From Octopus sinensis (Eukaryota): a stretch of DNA of 64,000 nt. The position numbers and the translations under genes are program-made. The stretch covers positions 48,744,464 to 48,808,463 of the forward strand of contig NC_043011.1 of the NCBI RefSeq assembly GCF_006345805.1, written 5' to 3'. The number at the start of each line of letters is the position of its first letter. The stretch's first letter is position 1. A model generated the notes under the pieces. That model had not been told where the DNA came from and did not search any database. It saw nothing but the letters and a program-made list of their open reading frames with translations. Shown here in pieces: positions 51,320 through 64,000 of this stretch.

Positions 51320-52485
51320 TGTGTGTGTGTGTGTGTATGTATATTATAATTATATACATAATTATAACAAGGGTTTGGCTTGCGCCTCACCACACACTGA
51401 AAAATAGACATCAAAAGACATTATTACCACCATAAATTCTCTGAGAAAAACACACTACATAATAGGCTAGTAGAAGAAAGAAAATTAATTAGAACTTTGG
51501 TTAAATGCATACAGTATCATGTTTCAGGCTTAAAGTAATAAAAAATATTACCTTTTGCATTCATCGTTATGTATATAACTATAAAATTTACCTCTGAGGT
51601 TTAATTTCTACACTGACCACTTGGTAAAAATCATTTGTGATTTTACCCTTTATGATTATTATTATTATTATTATTATATTTATATATATATAGGAAAAAT
51701 GAACAAGGAGACAAACTCTCAGGATATTTAACAACATCCCGAGAGTTCGTCTCCTTGTTCATTTTTTCCTGTTTTCTACTAAATACAACTTACTATCATG
51801 GATTTAAATCCAGGGGCGCTTAAGCAACATTTAGCTACCTTGTAATTATTCCCCTGGATTCTTTTAAATTGTAAATTCTGTATACGTGTGTTTGTAAGTG
51901 TGAGTGTGTGTGTGTGTGTATGTATATTATAATTATATACATAATTATAACAAGGGTTTGGCTTGCGCCTCACCACACACTGAAAAATAGACATCAAAAG
52001 ACATTATTACCACCATAAATTCTCTGAGAAAAACACACTACATAATAGGCTAGTAGAAGAAAGAAAATTAATTAGAACTTTGGTTAAATGCATACAGTAT
52101 CATGTTTCAGGCTTAAAGTAATAAAAAATATTACCTTTTGCATTCATCGTTATGTATATAACTATAAAATTTACCTCTGAGGTTTAATTTCTACACTGAC
52201 CACTTGGTAAAAATCATTTGTGATTTTACCCTTTATGATTATTATTATTATTATTATTATATTTATATATATATAGGAAAAATGAACAAGGAGACAAACT
52301 CTCAGGATATTTAACAACATCCCGAGAGTTCGTCTCCTTGTTCATTTTTTCTGTTTTCTACTAAATACAACTTACTATCATGGATTTAAATCCAGGGGCG
52401 CTTAAGCAACATTTAGCTACCTTGTAATTATTCCCCTGGATTCTTTTAAATTGTAAATTCTGTATACGTGTGTTTGTAAGTGTGA

Positions 52486-52500
<15 letters not shown>
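51320..52500. repeat. 583-bp tandem duplication bounded by (TG)n
   Basis: attataacaagggtttgg at 51361 and 51944; copies nearly identical. Confidence 0.95.
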
Positions 52501-52537
<37 letters not shown>

Positions 52538-53421
52538 ACACATACACATTCAAATATCTGTGATTATGCAAAGATAATATGTATTCATCTAAAAATATAT
52601 TTTCAGAATATGTTTCTATATTCACCCAAAGAAATTTTCAGAGTTCTTCTTTGTTATTTTACTAATCATATTATAATTTAAAAAAAAAATCATATTAATG
52701 TTGAATCATCTGTGTTAAATAAGAACTGTTCTTTGTTAATGCCAAACCTTTGTCTGTAATAGCTTTCCTAACAAAATCACTTTCAACTGTTGCATTTCTA
52801 GAAAAAATATCCATCAATAGCAATTAACGTGGGTACTGTATTCACATAATTTTGGTCTGTCTTTTTCCATGAAGATTATTTTCTGTCAATGGACTGTTTT
52901 TTTTTAAGAGGTCTGTCTATTTCCTTATTTCACTTGCTCTAGTTTCAGAACAAATGCTATTGTGAATTGTCATCAAATAGCATAAAAAAAACCATTTGCT
53001 GAACCAACCAAGCACTCTTAGATGATCTAAGATGATCAAAATTTTAAATAACGTGGCCAGAAGTCTTAGGAAAGAAAATAAAATCCTGAGAATTCTTGAT
53101 TGCAATTTTTTTTTTTCACCAGAAATTTGGAACCCAGGAATACTGAGAAAGGAACACGGGTCCATAGGCTATACACATTTTTGCAATTAGAAATGCATTA
53201 AAATACTGATTGATCTGTTAGATATGTTACAAACTATGCTATTGTTCTCAAGAAGCACTATAAAATATATTTTGATCTTCAATTGTAATTAAGCCACAAT
53301 CTTATGGAACAAGGCTGAGAATCTTTTTAACATCAGAGGCAAATAACAAGGATATATGAACATTTAGGTTTACACCTATACTGAGAAAAATACTGAATCA
53401 TTTATTTTTCAGTTTCACAGA

Positions 53422-53626
53422 TATGAAGGAGGGCTGAAAAGCTTCTGGCTTTGGGTAAAAGAAAGTACAGGTGGACCAGTTAATTATGATTTTATTCAAC
53501 ATATTCCCCTCTCAGATTCACACACTTATTTGCAGTGGTCCTTCAGGTTTTCTATGCTCTGTGAAAGAACTCAGAAGGTTAGGCCTCCAACCAGGTCTTT
53601 CATGATACCCTTAGCACCCACTTGTA
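53422..53626. mobile_element. Tc1/mariner-type MITE
   Basis: TA-tgaaggagggctgaaaagcttctggctt ... agcacccacttg-TA. Confidence 0.75.
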
Positions 53627-53657
53627 CCCAGGTTTTATAAACACTGACATTTTGGTT

Positions 53658-54182
53658 TTAACCCTTTGTCATTCAGACTATTTTGTCACATATAATTCTT
53701 ATTAATTCATATTCTTGTAAACTTTGATATTTTCATGATGTGGTTGTATGATAAAAATGATAGGTGCATAGCTCGGTGGTGAAAGCACTGGGTTCACAAA
53801 CACGAGGTAGTGAGCTCAATTCACAAACTGGGCTATGTATTCTGTTCTTGAGCAAGACATTTTATTTCAAATTGCTCCAGTTCACTCAGCTGTAGAAATG
53901 AGTTGCAGTGTCGCTGGTGCCAAGCTGTATCGGCCTTTGCCTTTGCCTTGGATAACATCAGTGGTGTGAAGAAGAGAAGCTGGTATGCATGGCTAACTGC
54001 TGGTCTTCCATAAACAAACTTGCCTAGACTTGTACCTTGGAAGGGAACTTTCTTGGTGCAATCCCATGGTCATTCATGACTGAAGTGGAGTTCCTTTATA
54101 GGCTAGGTATGAGAGGATGGATGTGGCCAGTTTTGATATAAAACAAGGTAGGATATCTGGTATAGCAGCATAGTCAGTTTGA
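53658..54182. mobile_element. TTAA-CCC MITE (second family) interrupted by SINE-B (53762-54085, +)
   Basis: ttaaccctttgtcattcagact start; gagaggatggatgtggccagttt resumes after the SINE. Confidence 0.7.
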
Positions 54183-55099
54183 CAAGTAAGACCACAACTA
54201 TTTATGACCATCTGCTTTATACTCTCTACTAACACTGACTGACAGTATTTATAATGACTAGCACATACCACTCATCATATGCGAGCGTGTACCATTATTA
54301 CTATTATCCCCATAACAGAACTATAGTATCGAGTTTGTTGTTCCATTTTTAAGATAGCAATCTGCGTTATGAAGAAGATTTGGCTGCTATTTCTAGCAGG
54401 AATAGTATAAATGCAGAGGCTCACGTGTTTGTATGGTAAAACAGAAATTTATAAAGGACAAAACTAACAAACAGAAAAGTACTCTAGTCTAAATTAGGAA
54501 GAATCAGAAACAAATTCTGAAACCATATCAACTTAATGATATTATTATACACTTTCTAGAAATCATTAATATTATTGTTGTTGTTGTTGTCGTTGGTGGT
54601 GGTGGTGGTGGTGGTGGTGGTGGTGGTGGTGAAGATTTTCTTGCATTGCAATGGCTTGATCTTTCAACAAGCGGGTCAGTCTTTGCGAGTTATTTAGAGT
54701 GCTGTGATGGTTTAGAAAGCAAGAAACAGCATTAATTGGGGCAATGAAAATACGATAAATATAATATTTTGCATGACTTTCTACCCAACCACTTTTCCCC
54801 CCTCCCCGTGTTAGCGTCTGCTTCTTGGAACTTCCAGACACTTTACAGCAACCATCATCCACCACACATCTCTTTTCTTTCCCTCAGCATTCTATCATGC
54901 GAGAACGCGAATGTGCAGGCATGCAATAACGTATGTAGGAAGGGTGGTAGGAAGTGCGAGAGTGCAAGAGTGCAGATGCATCAGAATAAGTGCATAATTG
55001 GTGAGAGTGCTTCTACTTGATTGTGAATGTTTGTGAATGTGGAATTTCATATTTGTAGCAGAGTATATGCGTGCACAACTGTTTGCAATTATGAGTGCA

Positions 55100-55214
55100 T
55101 GAGTGTTCATGGATGTGTGTGTGTGTGTGAGTGTATGCAGACATACACACGCAAACACACACAAATATGTATGTATGTGTGTGTGTTTTTGTAAGCATAT
55201 ATATATATATACAT

Positions 55215-55286
<72 letters not shown>

Positions 55287-55590
55287 TATATAATATATGT
55301 GTATATATATTTAAATATATGTGTCTGTGTGTATGTGGTATGTGTGTGTATGTGGTATGTGTGTGTATGTGGTGCGTGTGTGTGTGCATGTGGTGTGTGT
55401 GCGTGTGCATGTGATATGTGTATGTGCATGTGATATGTGTGAGTGCATATGGTGTATGTATGTGTGTGCATGTGGTGTATGTATAAGCGGTGTGTGTGTG
55501 TGCATGTGGTGTGTGTGTGTGTGTATGTGTGTGTGCATGGTATGTGTGTGCATATGTGGTGTGTGTTTGTGTGCATTCACATACGTGTGC
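55100..55590. repeat. (TG)/(TA)/(CA) low-complexity block
   Basis: Direct reading. Confidence 0.9.
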
Positions 55591-55899
55591 ATCTTTGGTA
55601 CAGATGGAAATGATACTATGTCAGTAAGGATGCAAACTGTCAAAAATTTTGGCCGATTGGACAGCTTCATATAGATGCAACCAGCTGCAGTTTTTAGTAT
55701 TCTTAGAATTACAAAGAATGTGTGTATATGTGTGTATACATATGTATATGATGTATCAAGAATGATAAGTCATTATTAGATCGATACTTTTACCAAAATT
55801 AGTCAAAGTGAATTAGCAAGGAAACTAATTGATGTTGTTTCCAGCCGGAAATTGAATTGCGACCAGGAACACGAGCGAATGCAAATTTGCCAAAGAATC

Positions 55900-56080
55900 T
55901 ACCTTCCTACTTACCTATCTACCTACCAATATCCCTACTTAACTCCCTCTCTTCCTACCTACCTACATACCAACCTACTTACCTATCTACCTACCAATAT
56001 CCCTACTTAACTCCCTCTCTTCCTACCTACCTACCTACCTACCAACCTACTTACCTACCTACCTACCTACCGATCTACTA
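55900..56080. repeat. (CCTA)-rich tract with a 68-bp tandem duplication
   Basis: acctatctac at 55913 and 55981. Confidence 0.85.
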
Positions 56081-56649
56081 ATAAACCCCCTACATAACTT
56101 GCTACCTTCTTGTCTCCCTCCCTTTCTAACATTCCAACTGTAGCCTTTGACATCTGCTACACACATAATAAATGACACTGTTTTCTACAACCAATCCATA
56201 AACTATGTGCATGAAAAATTATAGATACTTCTCGCGAATTATATTTGCAAAGAGTACATATTTGAAAGCGGCAAAAAAAAAAAGCAGAAAACCATAAAAA
56301 ATTCCATAACAAAAACAAACGATGATGATGATGATGATGGAAGAGGTGGTGAAAATAGCAAAAATAACAATAGTAAGGGTTTCTTTTATCGCAATAATAT
56401 TAAATTAATAATGTTGATGTTTTCTGTTGAGGATGATAAGAGCGATCATTATAAAAGTTTTCAGAATATATTTTCATTATTAAATTATTATTGCGATATA
56501 ATTTTCTGTCATGCTTCACTTACAAATCATTTTTATACAGCTACAAACCTAATTTGGTAAGTTTATGATTTTGTGTTCTTGTTTTTGCAAATTGTTAATG
56601 AAAAATGAGTGCATTTGTGGATGGAATGATAAAATGGTATCTAGCTTTA

Positions 56650-57455
56650 ATGGTAACGGGGGATGGGTGGGTAATGGTTGTGGTAGAAGTGGTGTTGGTG
56701 TTGGCTGAGGTGGTGTTAGTGATGGTGGTATAGGTAATGTTGAAAGTTTTTGGTAGCTATGTTCAATGAGGGATTGGTGATGGTGGTGGCAGAGATGGTG
56801 GTGGAAGAGATAGTGGTGGCTGAGATACTGGTGGTGGTGGTGCTGGTATTGATGTCAGTGGTAGTGTTAGTGGTTATGGTAGTAAGGAATTGGTGGTGGT
56901 GGTAGTAGTATTGGTGATAGTGGTGGTGGTAGTGGTGGTGGTGATTGTGTTGGTGGTGGTGGTAGTGAGGGATTGGTGGTGGTGGTGGCAGTGGCGTGGT
57001 GATGGTGGTGGTAATGGTGGTGGTGGCAGTGGTGTGGTGGTGGTGGTGGTGATTGTGTTGGTGCTTATGGTAGTGAGGGATTGGTGGTGGAGGCAATGGC
57101 GTAGTGGTGGTGGTGGTGGTAATGGTGATGGTGGCAGTATTGGTAATGGTGTTGTTTAGCTATGTGTAGTGTGGAATTGGTGATAGTGCTGAAGTGGTAG
57201 TTGTGGTAGGGCAATGGTGGTGCCATTGATACTGGTGGTCGCGGTGGTGATGTAGTATTGGTAATAGTGGTAGTGTTGATAGTTATGGCTGAGAGTGGCA
57301 GCGGCTGCAGCAGTGGCAGTGGTGGTGATGGTGGTGGTGGTAGTATTGGTTATAGTGTTCACGGTGTAGTAGTTTTGGATGTAGCAATGGCAATGATGGT
57401 GGTGGTGGTGGTGGTGGTGGTGGTAGAAGCAATCAATTTGTTGTTGTTGTTGTTC
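56650..57455. repeat. (GGT)n-rich low-complexity tract
   Basis: Direct reading. Confidence 0.9.
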
Positions 57456-57684
57456 CAACCCTAGGTCAGATCTGGTTGAGTATACCTCTGTACAAAGGCA
57501 TTCTGGTTTGTCTTTTCTGAGCTGTAGTGAGCACTTTTAAGAACTATATTAACCTGTATCAACCGGAGTCTATCTTTATGACAATAGGATGTTACTCGAG
57601 AGAAGCTTCACTGCAGTTTCTAGCAATCAGAGTAACTCCACAGAAGTTCTCTCTTTGGCCTGTGTGTTGTTGCTTGCAAAATTG

Positions 57685-57712
57685 GTGTAGTGGTAGTAGG
57701 AGTAGTAGTAGT

Positions 57713-57790
<78 letters not shown>

Positions 57791-58212
57791 GGTTGTAGAG
57801 GGGTTGGCAGTAGCCACCACAACAACTGATGGTATCAATAACAGCTGGTAGAAATAATGATGATGAGGATGATGATGATGATGAAACGATGATGATGATG
57901 AAACGATGATGATGATGATGATAATGACGATGACAATGATGATAGTGATGATGATGATGATGATGATGAGGATAATGATGATAATGGTAGTGATGATAAT
58001 GATAGCGATGATGATGATGGTAATGGTGATGATGATAATGATGATGGTGATGATGATAATGATGATGATGATGATGATGATGATGGTAGTGATGATGATG
58101 ATGATGATGATGATGGTAGTGATGATGGTGATGATGATGATGATAATGGTGATGATGATAGTGATGATGGTGATGATGATAATGATGATGATGATGATGA
58201 TGATGATAATGG

Positions 58213-58243
<31 letters not shown>

Positions 58244-58385
58244 AGCGATGATAGTGATGATAGCGATGATAGTGATGATAATGATGATAATGGTAGTGAT
58301 GATAGTGATGATAACTATACTGATCATGACGATGGCAACGGCGCCGCCGCCACCGCCACCGCCGCCGATGGTGGTGGTGGTGGTA
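57685..58385. repeat. Compound (AGT)/(AGC)/(GGT)/(GAT)n
   Basis: Direct reading. Confidence 0.95.
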
Positions 58386-58794
58386 CATTAATATAATGTA
58401 CACTTATCTACTCAGTTGGCCTCTCTAAGTGTGTCGTGTCAGGTTTACTGTTCAATTCTATACAATGTTAGGTGTAAGTTTAGAAATAGAATATTCAATG
58501 GCAACAACAAAAAAATCAAAAAAAATCAAAAGAGAAAATCAAAATATATCAAACCGATCTCTTCCCACCCACCCAGCTAAACACACTTCCTTTTATGAAT
58601 ATTTTTGTCAATTCAATATTTTCTAATAATGTTTGTTTGCTGTTTATTTCATATCTTCTGACCGTAATTGGCTACACTGCTTTTCCCAGGTGATTGCCGG
58701 ATAAAAAAAAATTAATATATATGTATTTTGATCTTTATATTGATCTGTTTGCCCTGTTGCCTATGTTTTGATTAATATCAATCATAGACAAAAG

Positions 58795-58945
58795 CGTGGC
58801 TGTGTGGTGAGAAGTTTGCTTCCTAACCTTATGGTTCCGGGTTCAGTCCCACTGTGTGGCACCTTAAGTGTCTTCTACTATAGCTTCAGGTCGACCAAAT
58901 CCTTGTGAGTGGATTTGGCAGATAGAAACTGAAAGAAGCCCATTG
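58795..58945 (+). mobile_element. SINE-A 5' half
   Basis: Head and CORE-like region. Confidence 0.8.
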
Positions 58946-59003
58946 TATACATATATATATATATTTATATATATATATAGAGAGAGAGAGATAGATAGAT
59001 AGC

Positions 59004-59034
<31 letters not shown>

Positions 59035-59136
59035 ATAGATAGCTATATAGTTTATGAGAGGTAATGGTGTCATTGAGACCCAAAGGTGTCAGGTAATGCT
59101 GAATAAGTGCTATATATAGATCATACTTAAGGTCCC

Positions 59137-59184
59137 GTCTCCGATGAAGGGATATAATAAATATCCTGAAAACAGCTGTGAGAC
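59137..59184 (+). ncRNA. Degenerate hammerhead-like motif in a Penelope-like repeat
   Basis: gtct CCGATGA a gggatat-aataa-atatcct GAAA acagctgt gagac. Confidence 0.4.
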
Positions 59185-59268
59185 CTTCTATCTATAAATG
59201 TTCTAAAATCTACACAGCCTTCGTTTTTTATCTCATTACGAATAAAAATTTATATATATATATATATA

Positions 59269-59679
59269 CAGGTGCAGGAGTGGCTGTGTGGTAAGTAGCT
59301 TGCTTACCAACTACATGGTTCCAGGTTTGTTTCCACTGCATGGCACACTGAGCAAGTGTCTTCTACTATAGCCTCTGGCCGACCAAAGCCTTGTGAGTGG
59401 ATTTGGTAGACAGAAACTGAAAGAAGCCCGTCATATATATGTATGTATATATATGGGTGTGGGTATGTTTGTGTGTCTATGTTTGTCCCCTCAACATCGA
59501 TTGACAACCAATGGTGGTGTGTTTACGTCCCTGTAACTTAGTGGTTCAGCAAAAATGACCAAGAGAATAAGTAATAGGCTTAAAAAAGAATAAGTCTGGG
59601 GACAATTTGCTCCACTTAAGGTGGTGCTCCAGCATGGCCACAGTCAAATGACTGAAACAAGTAAAAGAATAAAAGAGTA
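59269..59679 (+). mobile_element. SINE-A full-length
   Basis: Matches reference copy. Confidence 0.9.
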
Positions 59680-59699
59680 TATATAAATGAATTCATAGT

Positions 59700-60089
59700 C
59701 ATGGCCGGTGCCAATGTCGCAAAACTGGTATTTGTGCCGATGGCATATAAAAAACACCATTCAAAAGTTCGGCATCACAGAGGCAGCAACAGGTGACTGA
59801 GACCTTAGGCGATATACCTTGCTTGACAAGACCTATTGAGCCAAGTGAGATCATAGTCATGGTTGATGCTGGTGTTACATAACTGGCACCCATGCCAGTG
59901 GTACATAAAAAGCACCCACTACACACTTGGAGTGGTTGGCGCAAGGAAGGGCATCAAGCTGTAGAAACTACATCAAATCAGAATGGAACCTAGTGCAGTA
60001 CCCCAGCTTACTAGTTTTCAGTCAGACCATCCAACCCATGCCAGCATGGAAAACAGATGTTAAATGATGATGATGATGATGATGATGAT
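59700..60089 (+). mobile_element. Family D with RTE-like ORF terminus
   Basis: ggcatcacagaggcagcaacaggtgactgagaccttaggcgatat..gagccaagtga, then the D 3' region and (gat)n. Confidence 0.8.
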
Positions 60090-60299
60090 ATATAAATATA
60101 AACAAATCCCTCAAAAATGCAAAAATAAAAACAAAAATAAGTGAATGTATTGGGCTGATTCTCAGTTCAAGATGACAAAAAGAGAGGCTGTGATATTTCG
60201 AGTATGGGCTCTTCATCGAAAAGGGGAAAGAGGAAAGGTCAAGAGAGAAGGAAAAGAATAGTCCCAGAAAACCATGTGTGTCATTATATATGTATCTAT

Positions 60300-60572
60300 A
60301 TACATGTGTGTGTGTCTGTGTGTGTGTTTATCCCCACCACAGAAATGTACACACACACACACCACTTGACAACCAGTGTTGGTGTGTTTACATTTCCATA
60401 ACTTTGCAGTTTGGCAAAAGAGAACCAACAGAATAAGTACTACACTGAAAAATAAATAAACAATAACAAAAAAGTACTGCTGTCGATTAATTTGACTAAA
60501 ATCCTTAAAGGTGGTGCTCCAGCATGGACGCTGTCTAGTGACTGAAACAAATGTAATACAGAAGATAAAAAA
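60300..60572 (+). mobile_element. SINE-A 3' half
   Basis: ggtggtgctccagcatgg..gactgaaacaa. Confidence 0.7.
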
Positions 60573-61273
60573 TAAAACATATTCCAGGTTTGCCAACCAC
60601 AAGACTATCATGTTTGTTGTAGCTGTCTCAACATGTCCACCTAGGGATGGCCTTGCAATTAACTTTATGTCTTCAATATATCGTATTTCAAATTTAAGTA
60701 GGAGTTTGTGAAAACAGCTGTCTAAGGTTTCTCTTCTCTTCCAATCAGATAATTTGGTGAGATCAATAAGACTGGACCTAGAGAATTTTAGCTTCAATAT
60801 TTTTAGTTCTTTTATCTTGAAAAAATTTTTTTTGTTTGCTGAAGATGTTTTGCCAACTGATGTATATTGCTGACTGAATAGGATGAAGAGGCAGCGGGCT
60901 ACTCAGATAGCTTGAATAGACCTCAGTGTCGGAAATAGAACGTCCAAGTTTGACAACTGTAGAAGCATGATGTGGTGATCTTAGGATTATGCACCTCACT
61001 GCGTAATATTTTTTGTTTTGTTTACTTTTTAAAGCTTATTGCATTTTACACACATGCACAAACACACAAACACACAGAAGCACACACACATACATACATG
61101 CATGCATACATACATAAAACAAAGCATACAAATCTGCACATATACATATATATACAAAAATAAACTGATGCTGAAATTCCAATAAAGAAGTCTTGCATCG
61201 AGATTAGAAACTGGCTCTTTATTGGCAAGAAATCTTGAAATAAAACTGAATAATGACATACATATATACATAC

Positions 61274-61336
<63 letters not shown>

Positions 61337-61464
61337 TATGTATATACATATACATACACATGCATTAATATACATACATATATATATACATATACATACA
61401 CATGCGTTAATATATATATATACATATACATGTACATACATATACATATGTGTATATACACACA

Positions 61465-61509
<45 letters not shown>

Positions 61510-61511
<2 letters not shown>

Positions 61512-61937
61512 TTCAATATGTGACCGCATGTGTATTGTTGGTGATTTTCTTTCTCCGTCTTCCCTTCCTTGGACCTTTTCTTTTTCTATGTTTCTGATGA
61601 AGAGTTCTGCTTGAAACGTTAAAACCTCCTTCTTTCTTTCCGTTCCTGAGTATCCAATAACACTATACTTGTTCCACATCCTTGCATTGTGTTTTCTCTT
61701 TGTTCATGTTTGGAGTAACTACATATATATATATATATATGTGGTGTGTGTGTGTACCATTGGCGATTTTTTTTCCTCTGTCTTCCCTTCTCTGGATCTT
61801 TCCTTCTCCTATGTTTCCGACAAAGAGCTCCGCTCGAAACGTTAAACCCTCCTTCTTTCCTTCTTTCCTGAGCATCCAATAACACTATACTTGTTCCACG
61901 TCCTTGCATTGTGTTTTCTCTTTGTTCATGTTTGGAG

Positions 61938-61945
<8 letters not shown>
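61510..61945 (+). mobile_element. Direct dimer of a hammerhead-containing short repeat (Penelope pLTR/retrozyme-like)
   Basis: Two units about 220 bp apart; gttt CTGATGA a gagt..gctt GAAA cgtt aaaac (61590-61625) and a degenerate second motif (61813-61847). Confidence 0.7.
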
Positions 61946-61979
<34 letters not shown>

Positions 61980-61984
61980 TACAT

Positions 61985-62175
61985 AGTGAATGTAACAGTA
62001 CAATCAAAAGTCCAGGAAAAGAGAACATTTCTGGTGAATTAATGTGGAACTTAGAGCTCTTGTACTCTGATTAAGAATTCTCATTAGTAGCCATCATCAT
62101 TGGTGCATTAGGCGATGTACCCACAAATATACACAAAAATCTAGAAATAATAGGTTTAGCAGAAAAAGAGGGATT
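61985..62175 (+). pseudogene. Remnant of a restriction-like-endonuclease non-LTR retrotransposon C-terminus
   Basis: From 62042: MWNLELLYSD*EFSLVAIIIGALGDVPTNIHKNLEIIG, resembling the post-RLE P(I/V)IIGALG motif. Confidence 0.55.
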
Positions 62176-62630
62176 GTCCAAATCCAATCTATTAGAGGCA
62201 CCAACTCAACCACATATTTACAAACCCTGGGAATTCTCTTAATTCAAAATATTTTATTGTTTTATTAGTGACGGTCTTGAACTCTCTCAAGAAGAATTTA
62301 AATAAAACTCAAAGAATAATCATTCGTTCATTCATACGTACATACATACATGCATGCTTATCAGCACAAGGAGTACTGATGCATTCACTACATCAAGCAA
62401 CTAAACTGAGGTTACTTTACTGTCTTATATGCAGGACACCTCAAAACCTTATCCGTTGTTATTGGTCACTACTTGGTCATCCCTGATTGAACAGACTTAA
62501 ATACAAAGATGTTTTGTATTTATGACTATATTATCCAATATGTTTTTAATAAAATGATAGGATATTTTGAGGTAGATTTTGCTGCTATTTTTAACAAGTA
62601 GTATGAACAAGTGGAGGCAAATGGCCTAGT

Positions 62631-62768
62631 GGTTAGAGCAGCGAAATTGTGGTCAAGGGATCGCGGGTTCGAATCTCAGACTGGGTGATGTGTGTGTTTA
62701 TGAGCGAAACACCTAAGCTCCACACAGCTCCAGCAGAAGGTAATGGCGAACTTCTGCTGACTTTTTCA
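62631..62768 (+). mobile_element. SINE-G 5' part
   Basis: tggcctagtggttagagcagc..gggttcgaatctc..gagcgaaacacctaagctcc. Confidence 0.75.
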
Positions 62769-62786
62769 AGTTATCTTAATTACTCC

Positions 62787-62937
62787 AGGTGTAGAAGTCG
62801 CTGTGTGGTAAGTAGCTTGGTTCCGGGTTCAGTCCCACTGCATGGCACCATGGGCAAGTGTCTTCTGCTATAGCCTCGAGCCGACCAAAGTCTTGTGAGT
62901 GGATTTGGTAGATGGAAACTGAAAGAAACCCATCGTA

Positions 62938-62988
<51 letters not shown>

Positions 62989-63206
62989 ATATGTTTGTGT
63001 GTCTGTGTTTGTCCCCCCAACATCGCTTGACAACTGATGCTGGTGTGTTTATGTCCCCATAACTTAGCGGTTCAGCAAAAGAGACCGATAGAATAAATAC
63101 TAGGCTTACAAAGAATAAGTCCTGGGGTCGATTTGCTCTATTAAAGGCAGTGCTCCAGTATGGCCACAGTCAAATGACTGAAACAAGTAAAAAGAGTAAA
63201 AGAGGT
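62787..63206 (+). mobile_element. SINE-A, near full-length
   Basis: Matches reference copy. Confidence 0.9.
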
Positions 63207-63968
63207 ACAGAACTTCTGGTTTGTCTGGAAGTGTACTTTTTTTCTTTTTTCCAGATAAAGTGTTCAGATCTAGTTTCTTGACATGATGACCAAATTATCT
63301 ATTTCAGCAAATATGCTCAAATAATCTGACCCTATCTGTTACTGACGGATAAACTCAAGGTCATAGACCTGCCTGTATTATCCATATATGCAAGAGAAAT
63401 ATCTGCAGTAGACATGAATGCAATATCCTAGAGCTGTAATAAAAAACATATACACCATATCCACTTGGCCATATTAATTCTACAGTGTATTGCAGAAACT
63501 CTAAGCCAAATATGAGAACAATACTCTAACTGCTTACAATGAAATATTAGTGTTGACATAATATCATTCATAAAGCAAAACATTTCAAAAATAATAATAA
63601 TAATAATAGTAATAATAATAATAATAATAAATAAATAAAAATGAAAACAAATAATTAAAAAAGCAAACTCATATTACATCTGAAGTCAAAAGTCTTTGGT
63701 ATTTTTCAAGTCTTTTTTTAAAATTTTGTATTTGATTTTAAATGATTTTTATTTTTTTTAGATAAATATATTTTGCTGAGATAAATATTTGTTTTAAAAG
63801 ATGAGGGAGAAAGAAAATGAAAATCATAGATTGAAATGAAGCAAAAACATTAATATTAATAATTTCTTAATTTGGCAAAAATCCAAAATCTTGCAGAGAA
63901 GAGAAGAGAAGAGAATGCTGATCCTTGTCTCTTGTATATGGCAGCAGTTTAGTAATGGTATGTTCCAA

Positions 63969-64000
63969 CTCTTTTACTCTTTTACTCTTTTACTTGTTTC
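63969..64000 (-). mobile_element. 3' tail of a SINE-A cut by window end
   Basis: (ctctttta)x3 cttgtttc. Confidence 0.7.

Noticed and set aside
61155-61255. 10-bp stem ccaataaaga/tctttattgg as another ribozyme
   Set aside because: No CUGANGA box in this copy; cannot be supported.

Overview
AT-rich, microsatellite-dense, non-coding eukaryotic DNA, most likely an intron or gene desert of an octopus/coleoid cephalopod. The taxon is inferred from the SINE repertoire and repeat texture and was not verified. I found no credible host exon, rRNA, true tRNA gene or CRISPR array. Almost all ORFs in the supplied track are translations of simple repeats or SINEs. The window is a mosaic of four tRNA-headed SINE families (working names A, B, C, G) and 3' fragments of an RTE-type LINE carrying a 63-bp VNTR (family D). 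It also holds TTAA-CCC and Tc1/mariner MITEs, dead LINE remnants (RTE, CR1, RLE-type), a decayed hAT transposase, two near-identical tandem duplications and long (GAA)n/(GAT)n/(AAT)n/(TA)n tracts. The most unusual signal is a TSD-bounded fold-back element present twice (6163-6548, 41996-42542). It joins a tRNA-like Pol III head to a minimal hammerhead-ribozyme motif in a head-to-head inverted dimer with a one-sided terminal extension, which suggests a SINE/Penelope-like hybrid. Several other hammerhead-like or fold-back repeats occur in the window. Family names are working labels and all coordinates were read by eye (expect a few bp of error).
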